Part shown: positions 63,311 to 64,000 of the stretch, one piece after another
How positions within the stretch are numbered: position 1 is the first letter of the stretch
How the letters are laid out: every line of letters starts with the position of its first letter
DNA from: Eledone cirrhosa
Lineage: Eukaryota
Direction of reading: 5' to 3'
Assembly (NCBI GenBank): GCA_964016885.1
Contig: OZ024745.1
Location: forward strand, 96,224,001 to 96,288,000
Length of the DNA: 64,000 nucleotides
Made by a program: the position numbers and the translations under genes
The notes under the pieces: model-generated
The model's database searches: none
Told to the model about the DNA's origin: nothing
Seen by the model: the letters and a program-made list of their open reading frames with translations, nothing else

Positions 63311-64000
63311 TGAAAAACCTAAGCTAATAATAATAGACATTTATCTGTTTTCACTCAGGTTCTACAATAACATATTTCAATTTTTTCCAGTTTAGTATTT
63401 TATCAAAAAATTCTTGTCCTTTATGAAATACAGTTTGTCATTTTAACTGGACAGCATATTTTGGTTAAATTCAATACAAGAACGAACACCTAGTACCTGG
63501 ATTATTTCACGAGCTCTTTATCAGTAAGGCAACATTATGTAGAAGCCTTGTATTCTGCAGGGGTTTCATAATAATATCAATAATATATACACTCATTTGA
63601 TTCGTAGCTGCAGTAGTTCAAAGTTATTAATTGCTAATTATTAGCAATGCTACCAAGGTAAAAATTATTTGGTGTGGGAGTAGCTATAATCAAATGTACA
63701 ACCCGATTGTTGTTTTACAGTTCCAAGAGAGAATATTCATTGAATTATTACCTGTTAATTCCATCCAAATTTGGTATCCGTGGTTAAGGTTAACATAACC
63801 TTTTAACCCTTCAGAAAGTCGGTGATCGATGAAATATGTACAAGTAGAATCTAGGGGGGATATTAAAAAGCTTGGTTGATATTGCATTGTCAAGCGCTTC
63901 GATTATGTTTTCCTATTCATCTCTTCTACACTTAACACCACAAACCGGTGGAGCGAACCAACCATTTCGGAGAATTTTGAGACATTAAATTAATTTTCAT

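Overview
AT-rich eukaryotic DNA, dense in repeats. The SINE, MITE and LINE repertoire and the gene style suggest an octopod cephalopod (inference). Two genes are solid: a complete 7-exon mitochondrial tryptophanyl-tRNA synthetase (WARS2, minus strand, 39194-60113, 384 aa, all GT-AG junctions in frame) and, converging on it, a gene for mitoribosomal protein MRPL49 with an intronless CDS (31999-32568, plus). The probable 5' end of a third gene lies at about 7.3-7.9 kb on the minus strand, with a lysosomal dileucine motif and two CLEAR/M-box-like sites upstream. The rest is mobile DNA: many copies of a CRE-like retrotransposon with a restriction-like endonuclease (one near full length, with an N-terminal PHD finger), RTE LINEs, a Gypsy 3' fragment with its LTR, a Merlin derivative, hAT and piggyBac-type MITEs, a Helitron, tRNA-derived SINEs and several minisatellites. 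The signal the ORF track misses is a cluster of type I hammerhead ribozymes, intact and decayed, in short cassettes embedded in (TA)n microsatellites between about 10 and 27 kb; these resemble Penelope pLTRs or retrozymes. All calls were read by eye, with no database searches.
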